A stretch of DNA of 40,705 nt from a virus, in IMG/VR virus record IMGVR_UViG_3300034354_000165. The stretch is one strand, 5' to 3'. Shown one piece after another: positions 30,803 to 40,643 of this stretch. The stretch's first letter is position 1. Every line of letters starts with the position of its first letter. The position numbers and the translations under genes were made by a program. The notes below the pieces were generated by a model, which worked only from the letters and a program-made list of their open reading frames with translations, was not told the DNA's origin and did not search any database.

Positions 30803-31066
30803 ATGGAAAAAGATAAAGCTGCAAACATGAATTTTATGAAAAAACATCTCGATGCTATTATTGTTGGCGGAATCGTTTTAGGCGGATTTTGGAATATGAA
30901 TGAAAAGATCTATAATCAAAACGAAAAGTTTAATACAAGCATTGCATCCATTGAGAAGAACATTAACGCTATTGAAAAGGATATCTCCATAATCAAGACT
31001 GTGATGGTAATGAAAAACATTTGTACGGACACAACCTTAGCCTCACAAGAAGAGATAAAAAAATAA
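30803..31066 (+). CDS. Single-pass membrane protein (87 aa)
   Basis: TM segment LDAIIVGGIVLGGFW followed by a coiled-coil-like tail. A holin-like role is possible but unsupported. Confidence 0.4.
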   Translation: MEKDKAANMNFMKKHLDAIIVGGIVLGGFWNMNEKIYNQNEKFNTSIASIEKNINAIEKDISIIKTVMVMKNICTDTTLASQEEIKK

Positions 31067-31224
31067 TGCGAGTTAAAATATTTAAAGCTGAAAATCTTTC
31101 AGACGTAGAAAGGGACATGAATCTTTTTTTGATGGAACGAAAAGATATTCGTGTTACAGATATTCGCGAACTCAAAAGTAATACGAATTGGGTATTTATT
31201 ATTCTTTATGAGATTAAGGAATAG
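31066..31224 (+). CDS. Cse60/DUF2758-like small protein (52 aa)
   Basis: MRVKIFKAENLSDVERDMNLFLMERKDIRVTDI resembles the Cse60 family, recalled from memory. TAATG coupling (the track ORF opens at 31021). Confidence 0.35.
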   Translation: MRVKIFKAENLSDVERDMNLFLMERKDIRVTDIRELKSNTNWVFIILYEIKE

Positions 31225-31264
31225 ACAGTGATCTATATTTTATCTATTTTAGGGATGTTTTGCG

Positions 31265-32593
31265 TTAGCTATTTTCTTGATGATTAAATAACTCTTCTAA
31301 TTCATCATCGACAAGTTTTCCCATTTTATTAGCCGCCTCTGGTGATTTCTTACCAACTTGTCTGATATATTCATCCATCACTTTTTTAGCTATCTGCGGT
31401 TTGCTCTGATTGATAGCATCGACTACTTTTCCACTAAGCTGTTGTAATCTAGGGTTGATCAACATTTGTTGAGCTAATTTTCTGGCTGCTTTTTCTCCCA
31501 TAATCTTAAGAAAAAATGGATAATGACCAGTTGTAATTGCTCCAATCATACCTATCTGTTCTGCAGCGCCGATAATATCACTGGCCAAATTAGGTTTTAA
31601 CCTAGAAGCGATAGGATAATATTTGCTGTAAAGACTATTCAACATCTCGAAGTCCTTACCTAATTCTGGAGAAGCAGTTTTTATAGCTTCCCGTACCGGT
31701 CCTTTTAATAAAGTAAGCTGTTTCGCTGAGGGACCTAGATTGTGATTAATATCCGCATAGAAATTCATAAGACTTGATCCTGTAATGGGCTTACTCAGAA
31801 GATCTTGAAAGTCTTTTTCTATAACTTCTCTTACGCCTGACGGCATATCAAATTTAATCTTATCAACAGAAGATTTAAATTTCTCAATCGCATCAGGATT
31901 TAATTCCTTAGAGGCTTGTGCAGAACTTTGTAATTTTGAATAACTTTCACCTAAAGCCGATTTAGTATCTGATAGGGCTTTTTGCGTAGCACCCTTTTTA
32001 GGAGATAATTGAGTCAACCACTTCTGTTTGAATTCACTCTGAAGAAGTGGAGTTAACTGTTTGTCATTCAATCCAAGTTTTCTACCAGCTTCAATTAACT
32101 CAGCATTTTTGCCAGATGTAAGGAGTTTTTTAGTAACATCCGGACCAACGAAAGCTGTAATTTCAGCTGCTGTTTGAGCCCATTCAGGAAGGCCCAAATC
32201 TTTAGCTCCTTCACCTAAAAAGCCAGATGCTAAAGCTCTTGGTAAAGTGGCAAAAGATGATCCAGGAAATGCCAAAGCTGATGGTGCTGATTTTAATCCA
32301 CGTCTTAAGGCTCTTTGACCGAAACTTTCATTATCTGTGGGTAGTGCTTCATCTAATTCAGAAGATACTTCTTGTTCAGTAGAAAGCCCAACAGGACCCA
32401 TGATTCTTCCTAATTGATGAAGTCCTTCAACTCCACCTTTCATAGCGCTTTTTTCAAATTCCTTGGCTCGTGATATCGCCTGCTTGAAGAAAGACTTAGG
32501 CTTAATTTCTGGAGCACGTTCAGCAAGTTGAAAAAAACCCTCATGACCTGTTTTAGGATCTTCTTCAACTAGATCAAAGATGGTGCCACTCAT
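31265..32593 (-). CDS. Internal virion or ejection protein candidate (442 aa)
   Basis: Alpha-helical composition. By position it corresponds to the last of three P22 gp7/gp20/gp16-position genes. Confidence 0.4.
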   Translation of the reverse strand: MSGTIFDLVEEDPKTGHEGFFQLAERAPEIKPKSFFKQAISRAKEFEKSAMKGGVEGLHQLGRIMGPVGLSTEQEVSSELDEALPTDNESFGQRALRRGLKSAPSALAFPGSSFATLPRALASGFLGEGAKDLGLPEWAQTAAEITAFVGPDVTKKLLTSGKNAELIEAGRKLGLNDKQLTPLLQSEFKQKWLTQLSPKKGATQKALSDTKSALGESYSKLQSSAQASKELNPDAIEKFKSSVDKIKFDMPSGVREVIEKDFQDLLSKPITGSSLMNFYADINHNLGPSAKQLTLLKGPVREAIKTASPELGKDFEMLNSLYSKYYPIASRLKPNLASDIIGAAEQIGMIGAITTGHYPFFLKIMGEKAARKLAQQMLINPRLQQLSGKVVDAINQSKPQIAKKVMDEYIRQVGKKSPEAANKMGKLVDDELEELFNHQENS

Positions 32594-33888
32594 TCTTCAA
32601 AACCTTCTCTAAATTCTTGAGGTCTTTGTTGGAATAACTGAAATTCTTCCAGGGTAGGAATGTAATAACCATTCTTTTTAGCTATCTGAAAGGCGTTTTG
32701 TCCATATTTGTCTTTGTAAAGCTTCGCCATGCCTAAAGTTAAAGGAGTACCTTTAACAACATTTTTTCCTACTCTCGCTGTGGCTTTTTCAAGACCTTTT
32801 TCTTGTTCTTCTAACTCTTTGATTCTGTAACTAGTTCTGTTAAATATCTCTTTCTCTTTCTCCTTGATGGATTGATGAGTTCTCTTATCAATGTCTTTTT
32901 TTACATAGCCAAAATTCTCTTCATCTTGAGATGTAAGTCTATCGAATGTTTCTTGATAGAGTTTGTCCATTGCCAACTCACCTTCGATCATTTCTTGAAT
33001 GGTAAGGTTGGCTTCATTAGATTGTCCGATCTTAGGGAACATGCTATTCAATCTCTGCTCGAACCAGATATTCTGAGCTTTAGCGCTAACTCTTCCCATA
33101 TTGTTAAGCAAGCTCTCCTTTCCTGCTGTAACAAGCTGAGCTCCCTTAGCTGTTCTAAAAGCATCTATACCGGTAAAATCAGCAAGCTTGTCTTTCGAGA
33201 AGAAACTTAGATCACCATTTTCAATCGAACTTCTTGCAAGGTTAAGAGCACTTTCCTTTCTTGGAATTGCCTCTCGAAGATTAGCGACTTTTTCTTCTAT
33301 AGGTTTTGAAAATTGAGTTTGGAAATTTCTTTCATCAATAAACTGCTTTCTGCCAATTTCCTGTTGTCTTCTCAGTTCTTCAATTTTGGCTTTAGCAAAA
33401 TCTCTATTTCTTGGGTCTCGATCAGCTAAAATTTTCTGCCATTTCTGAATTTCACCCTCATAATTTCTTCCTGTAGATCTTGAAGGAGCATCAAGATTTT
33501 GATCAGATTGCATTCCTAGAGAATCTGAAGATTGACCCTGAGATAATCCTCCAGAACCATCACCAAGAATTTCTCCAAGGCGGTCATCAGAAGCTACCTC
33601 CCTAAGAGAGTTTAAGGTCGCTTTTGTAGCTTGAGCACTTGTAAGACCTGCTGCTTCATTCGCTAATAGACGTCTTGTTGCTAGAGGAAGGCCTTCAAGA
33701 GCTGGATCATCCATTATTTGCTGAGCAAACTGTTGTTTTCTCTGCATATCGGCAAGTTTAGATTTCTGCTGCATAGCATTCTCCATCGCCATGCCAGCAT
33801 ATTGAGATCCACGATCTACTCCTTGAGTAATACCTGCTGATATTCTTTCGCCGAATGTAGGTTGATTTCTCGGAATAATTTGAACCAT
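32590..33888 (-). CDS. Internal virion or ejection protein candidate (432 aa)
   Basis: Helical, Q/E/K-rich. ATGA coupling to the downstream gene. Confidence 0.4.
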   Translation of the reverse strand: MVQIIPRNQPTFGERISAGITQGVDRGSQYAGMAMENAMQQKSKLADMQRKQQFAQQIMDDPALEGLPLATRRLLANEAAGLTSAQATKATLNSLREVASDDRLGEILGDGSGGLSQGQSSDSLGMQSDQNLDAPSRSTGRNYEGEIQKWQKILADRDPRNRDFAKAKIEELRRQQEIGRKQFIDERNFQTQFSKPIEEKVANLREAIPRKESALNLARSSIENGDLSFFSKDKLADFTGIDAFRTAKGAQLVTAGKESLLNNMGRVSAKAQNIWFEQRLNSMFPKIGQSNEANLTIQEMIEGELAMDKLYQETFDRLTSQDEENFGYVKKDIDKRTHQSIKEKEKEIFNRTSYRIKELEEQEKGLEKATARVGKNVVKGTPLTLGMAKLYKDKYGQNAFQIAKKNGYYIPTLEEFQLFQQRPQEFREGFEE

Positions 33889-33896
33889 GTTATCTC

Positions 33897-34436
33897 CTAA
33901 AGTAAACCGAGCATTTTTAACATTCCAAGTGAACCACCTTGACCACCCATACTTCCCAATCCTTGACCTAGTCCACCCATTAAGCTCTCTAGAAAACTAG
34001 GTTTTTTCTCTGTTAAGAAATTCTCGTAAGGCCTTTGTCCTAAAAGACTATTACTAAATCCCATTAAATCACCAAGCGCTTGTCTTTGTAGGTCTTGCCT
34101 TTTAGATTGAAGGCCTTGAGCAAAATCAGAAGCTGCTTGATTAGAGGTGTTTTGGAAACCACTACTACGTCTTGCTCCCATTCCCATACCGCTAAAACGA
34201 GAAGCAAGATTCCCCTGCAAACCAGAAAACTGTTTTAACGCGGGAGCTTCCATTTGAGAAAATGTAGATTCATCGCCACTGGCTAATTTTGAAAGAAAGC
34301 TATCTGGCCCAAGATGACCAAACATGCTACTAAAGAGCTGCATTTGCTCAGGCGTAAACTGCTGCATTCTACCAGCTTTATATCCAGAAGGGATTTTATT
34401 ACCCATTCCACCCGTAGCACCTGACATAGAAGACAT
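33897..34436 (-). CDS. G/M/Q/S-rich low-complexity virion protein (179 aa)
   Basis: MSSMSGATGGMGNK...LMGGLGQGLGSMGGQGGSLGMLKMLGLL. In the position of an ejection-protein gene. Confidence 0.4.
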   Translation of the reverse strand: MSSMSGATGGMGNKIPSGYKAGRMQQFTPEQMQLFSSMFGHLGPDSFLSKLASGDESTFSQMEAPALKQFSGLQGNLASRFSGMGMGARRSSGFQNTSNQAASDFAQGLQSKRQDLQRQALGDLMGFSNSLLGQRPYENFLTEKKPSFLESLMGGLGQGLGSMGGQGGSLGMLKMLGLL

Positions 34437-34491
34437 AGAAACCTCTTTTTCTATTACAATATCACCCTAAAGTAATTTCTTATAATGCCAT

Positions 34492-34962
34492 TTAGGGAGA
34501 GCTTAACCATTCTAAAACAATAATGCCGCTGGTTAAAGCTGGGGCTCCTGCTCCAAGCACAAACACAATATCCGTGGATGTAACATAGAAAGAGATTAGC
34601 CCAGCAACTGCCACATTCGTTCCATAAAGTAGGCCATAAGAATTAGTTCCATCGGTATATGTACCAAAGCAACGAACAAACTGAGTAAAATCATTTACGT
34701 CAGCCCCATGAGGGATATTGGCTGTGGTGGTGAAAGTAAAAACCTTTCTGAAGGCTTGTCTTTTTTTATTTCCAGTTAAAAACCATGATTCACCATTAAT
34801 GGCTGGTTTGTTTACAGGAAAAATCGATATAGTCCTATTATTGATAGCATTTGAAGTATCAATATAAGCTTTATCAACTTCTACACATAGCTGTTCTAAT
34901 TCAGGAGGAAATTCCCTACTAGTCCTTAAGTAGGCAACTTGATTAACAACATTAGCACTCAT
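34492..34962 (-). CDS. Virion structural protein (156 aa)
   Basis: ATGA-coupled to the 920-aa gene. Confidence 0.4.
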   Translation of the reverse strand: MSANVVNQVAYLRTSREFPPELEQLCVEVDKAYIDTSNAINNRTISIFPVNKPAINGESWFLTGNKKRQAFRKVFTFTTTANIPHGADVNDFTQFVRCFGTYTDGTNSYGLLYGTNVAVAGLISFYVTSTDIVFVLGAGAPALTSGIIVLEWLSSP

Positions 34963-37721
34963 GCAAGTACCTGCGATTGATTCACATCAAGGATTATCCC
35001 ATGGAGCTCTATCTCAGTAAACTGGCTAGCAAAATCAGTATCTCTCATTTGCTCATCATTCAAAGTAAATCCAAGTTGAACTGTATCCCCTAGAAGTGAT
35101 GTATTCATGCGGTGCCATGTTTGAGCCTGAGCAAGAGCCGTTACCATGTTGAGATTGATATTAGCAGGTGTAAGGCCCAAATTCGTACTTTCGGGACACG
35201 TGTAAAGAACCGTGCTATAAATGAGTCCGTTATTTGTAGAATTCGAGTCAGGAATGATCGGACCATTGTTATATGGATCGTCTGCATTCTGGCTTAAGTA
35301 GATTAGAAGAGTCACTTGACCTTCATCTGTAGTGGTAAATAGATATTGCTGAGGCCCAAGTCTTGTTTTCCTAGCAATTCCCCAAGCAACAGGGAATTGT
35401 TTGGTCTGCACAAATGGAATATACATTCTCTTGATTAGGCCCCCTCCAAGATATGTGAATCCAGCTCCTATTGGAGGGTTTAATGTGAATGTATCCGCAG
35501 TTAAGACTCTCACTGAATAAATATTGCCATTGACTACAGGGCCCACAGTACCTAGAGCTCCGCTGATAATGATATAATCACCGGTAGTTAAGCAATGATC
35601 TGGAGATGTAACCGTACCTCCTGATATATCTCGGATATAAAGAGAATTTCCCTCATCTGTCCCATCATCTCTTACCATGACGAAACCCTGCTGATTACCA
35701 GCAATTACTTCAGGTTGAAGAAGAGTTGATGCTCCAGCATTCCAAGGGGCATTCCAAGCAGACCAGGTCGGATATACAGTCCCAACGGTTGCCCAAGTAA
35801 AGCCCGTCTGTTTACGGAAAGATCCATAAGTTGTGTAGCTTTCTCTAAATACAGCCCACGAATCATCACGATAGTTATATTGAAGGGTTTGAGTAGGGAA
35901 CCTATAATTAATCTGGTTTACAGGATAGGTAAAGTACATCCATTCGTTGATGTAGTCTCTTTGAGAACACACTCTCTCCGGTCCATTGTCTTCAAGGCGA
36001 ACTTGGAAAACCTCATCTGGAATCTGTAGATCAATACGTCTTGTTTCAGTCTGTCCTGTGATGACAAATCCCCTCCCGCCCTTTGTAATGACACCCTTGT
36101 CCATATTAACGGCAGAAAAAGTGCTTCCAGAACCTAGCTCCGAATTGATAATGAAGAAATTAAAAGGGACAATATCATTTCCGCTGTATACGAGCCTAGT
36201 CTGCATATTGGTAAAACCAACAATGAGTACATCCTCGTTTGCGCTAACTGTGATTATTTCCTGATCTCCCCCAAGCTCAATAAAACCACCAAATCCGGGA
36301 GAATCGCCAAAATATGCAGGAGCAAGAGCTGTTTGATTTGTAGGAACTAATATTGGCGTAAACACAGTAGCAGAGCTATCTACATCCCCTGTAAACGAGG
36401 CCGTATAGTATGGCGTCCCATTTAAGCTATATATTACCGTATCCTTCAAATAGACCTGGCTATTGGGAGATGATGTCTGAACAACAGGCCCCAGGAATAA
36501 TAGCCTATCTTTGAAAGGAATAATCATTCTCGCACCGACCAGGTAATATTGGTCTGCAGGAAGATCAGCTATTGAAAAATTGTCTTGGGATAGTGGTGGA
36601 GCAAAATTTACCCAACCTAAATGTCCATTTAATATAGGAGTGGTTGCATTACCATTTGTAGGGTCTCCGTCATACCATCTCAAGCAATCTTTGGTAACAT
36701 CCGAACGATTGGTCAAGTATTGTACAATGCCTCCAGAAGCATATACGCCGCCAATCGTTGCATTAGGAAATTCTACTGTTATTTGATTAGCAGCAGGAAC
36801 TGCTGTCACATATCCAGTCTGAAAATTGATTCCAGTCATGCCTACAACTTCATTGATAAACACAAAATCGCCTACGACTAAGCCATGATTAGTTGTGGTG
36901 GTGATTGTCACTATTGCAGGAGGCCCCCCAGCAACAATTGCAATAGCCGTAATGGTGTTATATTGCATTCCAATGTTCGTTGTATCAAATGGTACATTAA
37001 TGCCATTTGTAGCCCATAAAGCATCTTGGTAATTGACTGTCCAAAACTGCTGATAATCTTGGCCATTCCATGAGGTTGGCGTAATATTTGTTTTCTCGGT
37101 ATAGCCTACGTAGGCGCCTGTAGGAGGGTTTTTATAGAAGCTTACATCGTAAACGTTATATGGAAACGCGGTCGTGATGTTGTATGAGTAAGTAGTATCG
37201 AATCCTAAAGTTCCTGGAAATTGAACGGATTCAGACGTAAAGTCCTCGAGGCCCATAACAGGAAGATCAGGGAAATAGTTGAATGTGACAGCATTTATAG
37301 TATTGCCAGCTCCGCCTGCTATTGTAATAGCGCCAGTAGCATAATTGATTGTTCCAGTACCTCCTGGAACCCCTGTGAGCACACCCAGCCCATCATCTGT
37401 GTAGGTATTTCCAGCTGTAACATCTGTTAAAGTCACACTTCCTGGAACAATATTACCATTTGTCTGAAGACCAAATGCGCTTAAAATGTTCCCAGCGCCT
37501 GCGACAAGAACAAAAGAGGTTGTGGATCCATAAGATGGATTTGCAGAATCGAAGTATCTTTTCAAACGATTCAGAAGAGAGGTTCCCCTTTTACGTCTTA
37601 CTCTTCCTCTCCATTGATAGGCATTGATTAGGACAGGGAAAGAGTCATTGTCGATATTAAATGGTGTAACATCGTTTCTTAGACCTTTGCCTATGGGACC
37701 AATGACTATTTTTTCCCCCAT
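34959..37721 (-). CDS. Large tail protein (920 aa; tail tube, nozzle or hub candidate)
   Basis: Largest structural ORF. Contains two VTITTTTNHGLVVGDFVFI / VTSPDHCLTTGDYIIIS modules. Function inferred from position only. Confidence 0.5.
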   Translation of the reverse strand: MGEKIVIGPIGKGLRNDVTPFNIDNDSFPVLINAYQWRGRVRRKRGTSLLNRLKRYFDSANPSYGSTTSFVLVAGAGNILSAFGLQTNGNIVPGSVTLTDVTAGNTYTDDGLGVLTGVPGGTGTINYATGAITIAGGAGNTINAVTFNYFPDLPVMGLEDFTSESVQFPGTLGFDTTYSYNITTAFPYNVYDVSFYKNPPTGAYVGYTEKTNITPTSWNGQDYQQFWTVNYQDALWATNGINVPFDTTNIGMQYNTITAIAIVAGGPPAIVTITTTTNHGLVVGDFVFINEVVGMTGINFQTGYVTAVPAANQITVEFPNATIGGVYASGGIVQYLTNRSDVTKDCLRWYDGDPTNGNATTPILNGHLGWVNFAPPLSQDNFSIADLPADQYYLVGARMIIPFKDRLLFLGPVVQTSSPNSQVYLKDTVIYSLNGTPYYTASFTGDVDSSATVFTPILVPTNQTALAPAYFGDSPGFGGFIELGGDQEIITVSANEDVLIVGFTNMQTRLVYSGNDIVPFNFFIINSELGSGSTFSAVNMDKGVITKGGRGFVITGQTETRRIDLQIPDEVFQVRLEDNGPERVCSQRDYINEWMYFTYPVNQINYRFPTQTLQYNYRDDSWAVFRESYTTYGSFRKQTGFTWATVGTVYPTWSAWNAPWNAGASTLLQPEVIAGNQQGFVMVRDDGTDEGNSLYIRDISGGTVTSPDHCLTTGDYIIISGALGTVGPVVNGNIYSVRVLTADTFTLNPPIGAGFTYLGGGLIKRMYIPFVQTKQFPVAWGIARKTRLGPQQYLFTTTDEGQVTLLIYLSQNADDPYNNGPIIPDSNSTNNGLIYSTVLYTCPESTNLGLTPANINLNMVTALAQAQTWHRMNTSLLGDTVQLGFTLNDEQMRDTDFASQFTEIELHGIILDVNQSQVLA

Positions 37722-37727
37722 TTGTCC

Positions 37728-38312
37728 TCAAACCTGCAATACTTCAAATGAAAAATTCGTAGGGTTTAAAAATGCTGTTCCATCAAGTCTAAGAAACACT
37801 AATTGGAAAGTACCTACCCCAGTAATATTGTAACCGGATTGAGTTCCGTTGGCAGAAGATGTAATAAACGAAGAAACCTTTATCGCAAATTGATTGGAAT
37901 TAACTGCATTGGCAGTCAAAACGACGTTATATCGACCTGTTCCCGCAGGAGTAATAGAAGCGACATTTAAAGACTGAGATCCAATAATATTTCCTCCAGA
38001 ATCTGCAAACCCCCAAGCCTTAATAGGACTTACTTGGAAAACTCCATTTTCATTTCTAAAAAACATTTCAGCTTTTGTGGAAGCTGTTCCTGCTTTTGTA
38101 TATAGAATAGACTGTGGATCTGTTTGAGCGCCTGGAGCGGCAACATTGTTAAATGTGACTTGCTTATGAGTTCCGCCATTGGCTGTGTTAAAACTGATGT
38201 GATCAACCGCTATTAAACTCTCTGTAGATTGAACATTAATCAGCATATCAGGTTGATCAACAGAAGGATTATCATTGGCAGCTGGCACTGCATTATTATA
38301 TGTAAAGGTCAT
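37728..38312 (-). CDS. Virion structural protein (194 aa)
   Basis: TAATG-coupled to the upstream gene. In size and position it resembles a small tail tubular or adaptor protein. Confidence 0.4.
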   Translation of the reverse strand: MTFTYNNAVPAANDNPSVDQPDMLINVQSTESLIAVDHISFNTANGGTHKQVTFNNVAAPGAQTDPQSILYTKAGTASTKAEMFFRNENGVFQVSPIKAWGFADSGGNIIGSQSLNVASITPAGTGRYNVVLTANAVNSNQFAIKVSSFITSSANGTQSGYNITGVGTFQLVFLRLDGTAFLNPTNFSFEVLQV

Positions 38313-39511
38313 TAACCTATTCCTCCACCAAAACCATTATTCGCGCTACCTTGCGAAAAGCCCTGGCTGTAGATTGTTTCTGTTCTTGTAGCAGTCCATT
38401 GCCTCTGACTTCTTTTCCACACAAGAAGCTCTTGTTCTCTGAAAAGAGGTTCGTAGAATTGGAATTGTTCAATATCTCCTGTATCGGAAAGAATTTTCCT
38501 AGCAGCTCCCCTGGCTATATATTCGGCCATATATCCAAAAGGAATAGCCGCTGCTGTGTTTAAGAAGGCTGCAGGAGATAGATATGCATCAATTTCCACC
38601 AAATATTGCTGATCTGGAGGGCTTCTTAAAGTAAGAGTGTTATTGTAGAAAAGAACGCCTCGAGGAAGCCCTGTCTGGAAGAAAAAGACCTGAGCTGAGA
38701 TATTATTTCCAGAAGGAATGATCACCGGAAAAGTAACGTTAACTTCACCAGTAATATAGTTGATAGTATTGTCAAAGGTATCATAGTCGCCTGTAAGTCT
38801 TAAGTTCCCCAACGGCGCCTTTCCAGGCTGCATTAGAAGCCCGTAGTTTTGATCATTACTCAAAAACCATCCGCTATCTGCAACAACTACATTTGAGTTA
38901 TCAGCACCCAAAGCAGTAAGGTAGACTGCCGAATCAACACTTGTTACTGGAGTAGATGCTATGGCAGCGCCTGCTGTTGCATCAGTAGCAATAGGAGGAT
39001 CAATGTTATTGCCGGTAGCGATTATTCCTGTAATGTCAATATGACCTCTCAAAACCCCATCTAAAGGCGGATTTGGAGGTGTAGATCCTGGTAATATTGG
39101 AATTTGAATATCATACGGGCCAGACGATCCGTCCCCTGTAGCTACTACACCAAGGTTCTGAACGATGTTTGGAAAGATATTAAAAAACTGATTCTTCTGA
39201 GTGTACAGAGGAACCTGCACGCCATTTATGTAAGCCGGACCTGTAAAGCCCTGATATACTGGAAACATGCCGATAGTTTGATTTCCAGGCTGCGTTTGCA
39301 CGCTATAAAGAGGCATGTTGTATTTATCTATAGCTGGTGTCGTCTGAAACTGATATTTCGTTTTCAGATCAAAAAGCTGTATGCGCGCATCAAGATCAAC
39401 TATATAAAATCTATTTATATAATCTATGATTAAGTTGTCAGAAATAACAGCATTACTTGGACTTTTAATTATTCTTCTAACATAAGTAATTATGTCGCTC
39501 AAAAGCATCAT
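38312..39511 (-). CDS. Virion structural protein (about 399 aa; adaptor or tail candidate)
   Basis: The track start at 39547 is a TTG lying 40 nt inside the HNH gene. The ATG at 39511 gives an ATGA overlap with the HNH stop. Confidence 0.5.
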   Translation of the reverse strand: MMLLSDIITYVRRIIKSPSNAVISDNLIIDYINRFYIVDLDARIQLFDLKTKYQFQTTPAIDKYNMPLYSVQTQPGNQTIGMFPVYQGFTGPAYINGVQVPLYTQKNQFFNIFPNIVQNLGVVATGDGSSGPYDIQIPILPGSTPPNPPLDGVLRGHIDITGIIATGNNIDPPIATDATAGAAIASTPVTSVDSAVYLTALGADNSNVVVADSGWFLSNDQNYGLLMQPGKAPLGNLRLTGDYDTFDNTINYITGEVNVTFPVIIPSGNNISAQVFFFQTGLPRGVLFYNNTLTLRSPPDQQYLVEIDAYLSPAAFLNTAAAIPFGYMAEYIARGAARKILSDTGDIEQFQFYEPLFREQELLVWKRSQRQWTATRTETIYSQGFSQGSANNGFGGGIG

Positions 39512-40017
39512 AGTAATACTGTCCTTGGTGATTTTCTCATATGGCAAACTTTACATAACCAGATCACCGAAAGAGGCTTAGTGTAATCATTATGGTGACC
39601 ATCTGGTTTACACTTGTTGCCACATTCTGAACAAAAATCAGGTCTTGAAATTTTACCTATATCTATAGCTCTTTTTAACATAACATTCGCTCTACGTTTC
39701 TCTTTGTTATTCTGATACCATTTTCTTCCATATTCATTTAATTTTTCTCTATTTCGATCTCGCCAATTTTTATGTTTTAACCTATTTCTTTCGAATCGAT
39801 TATCATCATTTTTTCTGCGTAAAGCTTCTCTTATAGATATACTTTCTAAATTTTTTATTCTATATTCATTTTGATTATTTAATTTTCGTTGTCTATTTGT
39901 TAAATAATAATTTTTTACACATTTTTTACATTGACGATCTAATCCATCAGGTTGTCGTATTTTTTTATAAAACTCAGTTAATTCTTTTGTTTCTTTGCAT
40001 GTACAACACTTTTTCAT
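39508..40017 (-). CDS. HNH endonuclease (second free-standing copy)
   Basis: CSECGNKCKPDGHHNDYTKPLSVIWLCKVCH, plus an N-terminal CCTC...CKKC segment like that of the 484..1017 protein. Confidence 0.7.
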   Translation of the reverse strand: MKKCCTCKETKELTEFYKKIRQPDGLDRQCKKCVKNYYLTNRQRKLNNQNEYRIKNLESISIREALRRKNDDNRFERNRLKHKNWRDRNREKLNEYGRKWYQNNKEKRRANVMLKRAIDIGKISRPDFCSECGNKCKPDGHHNDYTKPLSVIWLCKVCHMRKSPRTVLL

Positions 40018-40064
40018 ACATCTCCTTAATAAGGAGCATATTGTAAAGCGCTAAAGTAAATTCA

Positions 40065-40643
40065 TCAAGCTGCAACACCAGCTCCCATAAAGATTGATTT
40101 ACCTGAATTCACAGGCGTAGCCGTCAATCTTGGAACAGCGGTATCAACTACCATACGTCCAAAATACTGAGTGTGCCCTTCACTGCCTGTAATTGTATTC
40201 TCATCCATACGGAGTCTGTGGTAATTACACTTTTTAATCTGTTCAGCCACATATCTAGGAGCCCAAACAGGTTTATTTGTAGGAATTTCCCAGAATTCAG
40301 CACCAACTCCACCGAAAGGATGCGTCCACATTTCTATGGTCTCGCCGATAATCTCTTTATGTTCTGCAATGAATTGGACATATTCTTTAGCGTAGTTCCA
40401 TGCTGATCTAAAATTTTCATTAAATTTCTGACGGTCGCTTAAAGTTTTCTTAGGTTTTAGCCAAAGTTTTTGAGAATTCTCGATTTCTTTCTGAGACAGC
40501 TTTGTTTGAGCCTCAACTTCTTGTTTTGGCGCAGCATTCATTCTATCTTGAGTCATTTCTTTGACTTGTGTATCAAACTCATCAAACTGCTTTTGCATTT
40601 TATCGAGTTCAGATTCTTTAACTTTTGGTTTCTTAACTGTCAT
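40065..40643 (-). CDS. Virion structural protein (192 aa)
   Basis: ORF between the two HNH genes on the circular map. Its first 21 codons are duplicated at 1..63. Confidence 0.45.
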   Translation of the reverse strand: MTVKKPKVKESELDKMQKQFDEFDTQVKEMTQDRMNAAPKQEVEAQTKLSQKEIENSQKLWLKPKKTLSDRQKFNENFRSAWNYAKEYVQFIAEHKEIIGETIEMWTHPFGGVGAEFWEIPTNKPVWAPRYVAEQIKKCNYHRLRMDENTITGSEGHTQYFGRMVVDTAVPRLTATPVNSGKSIFMGAGVAA

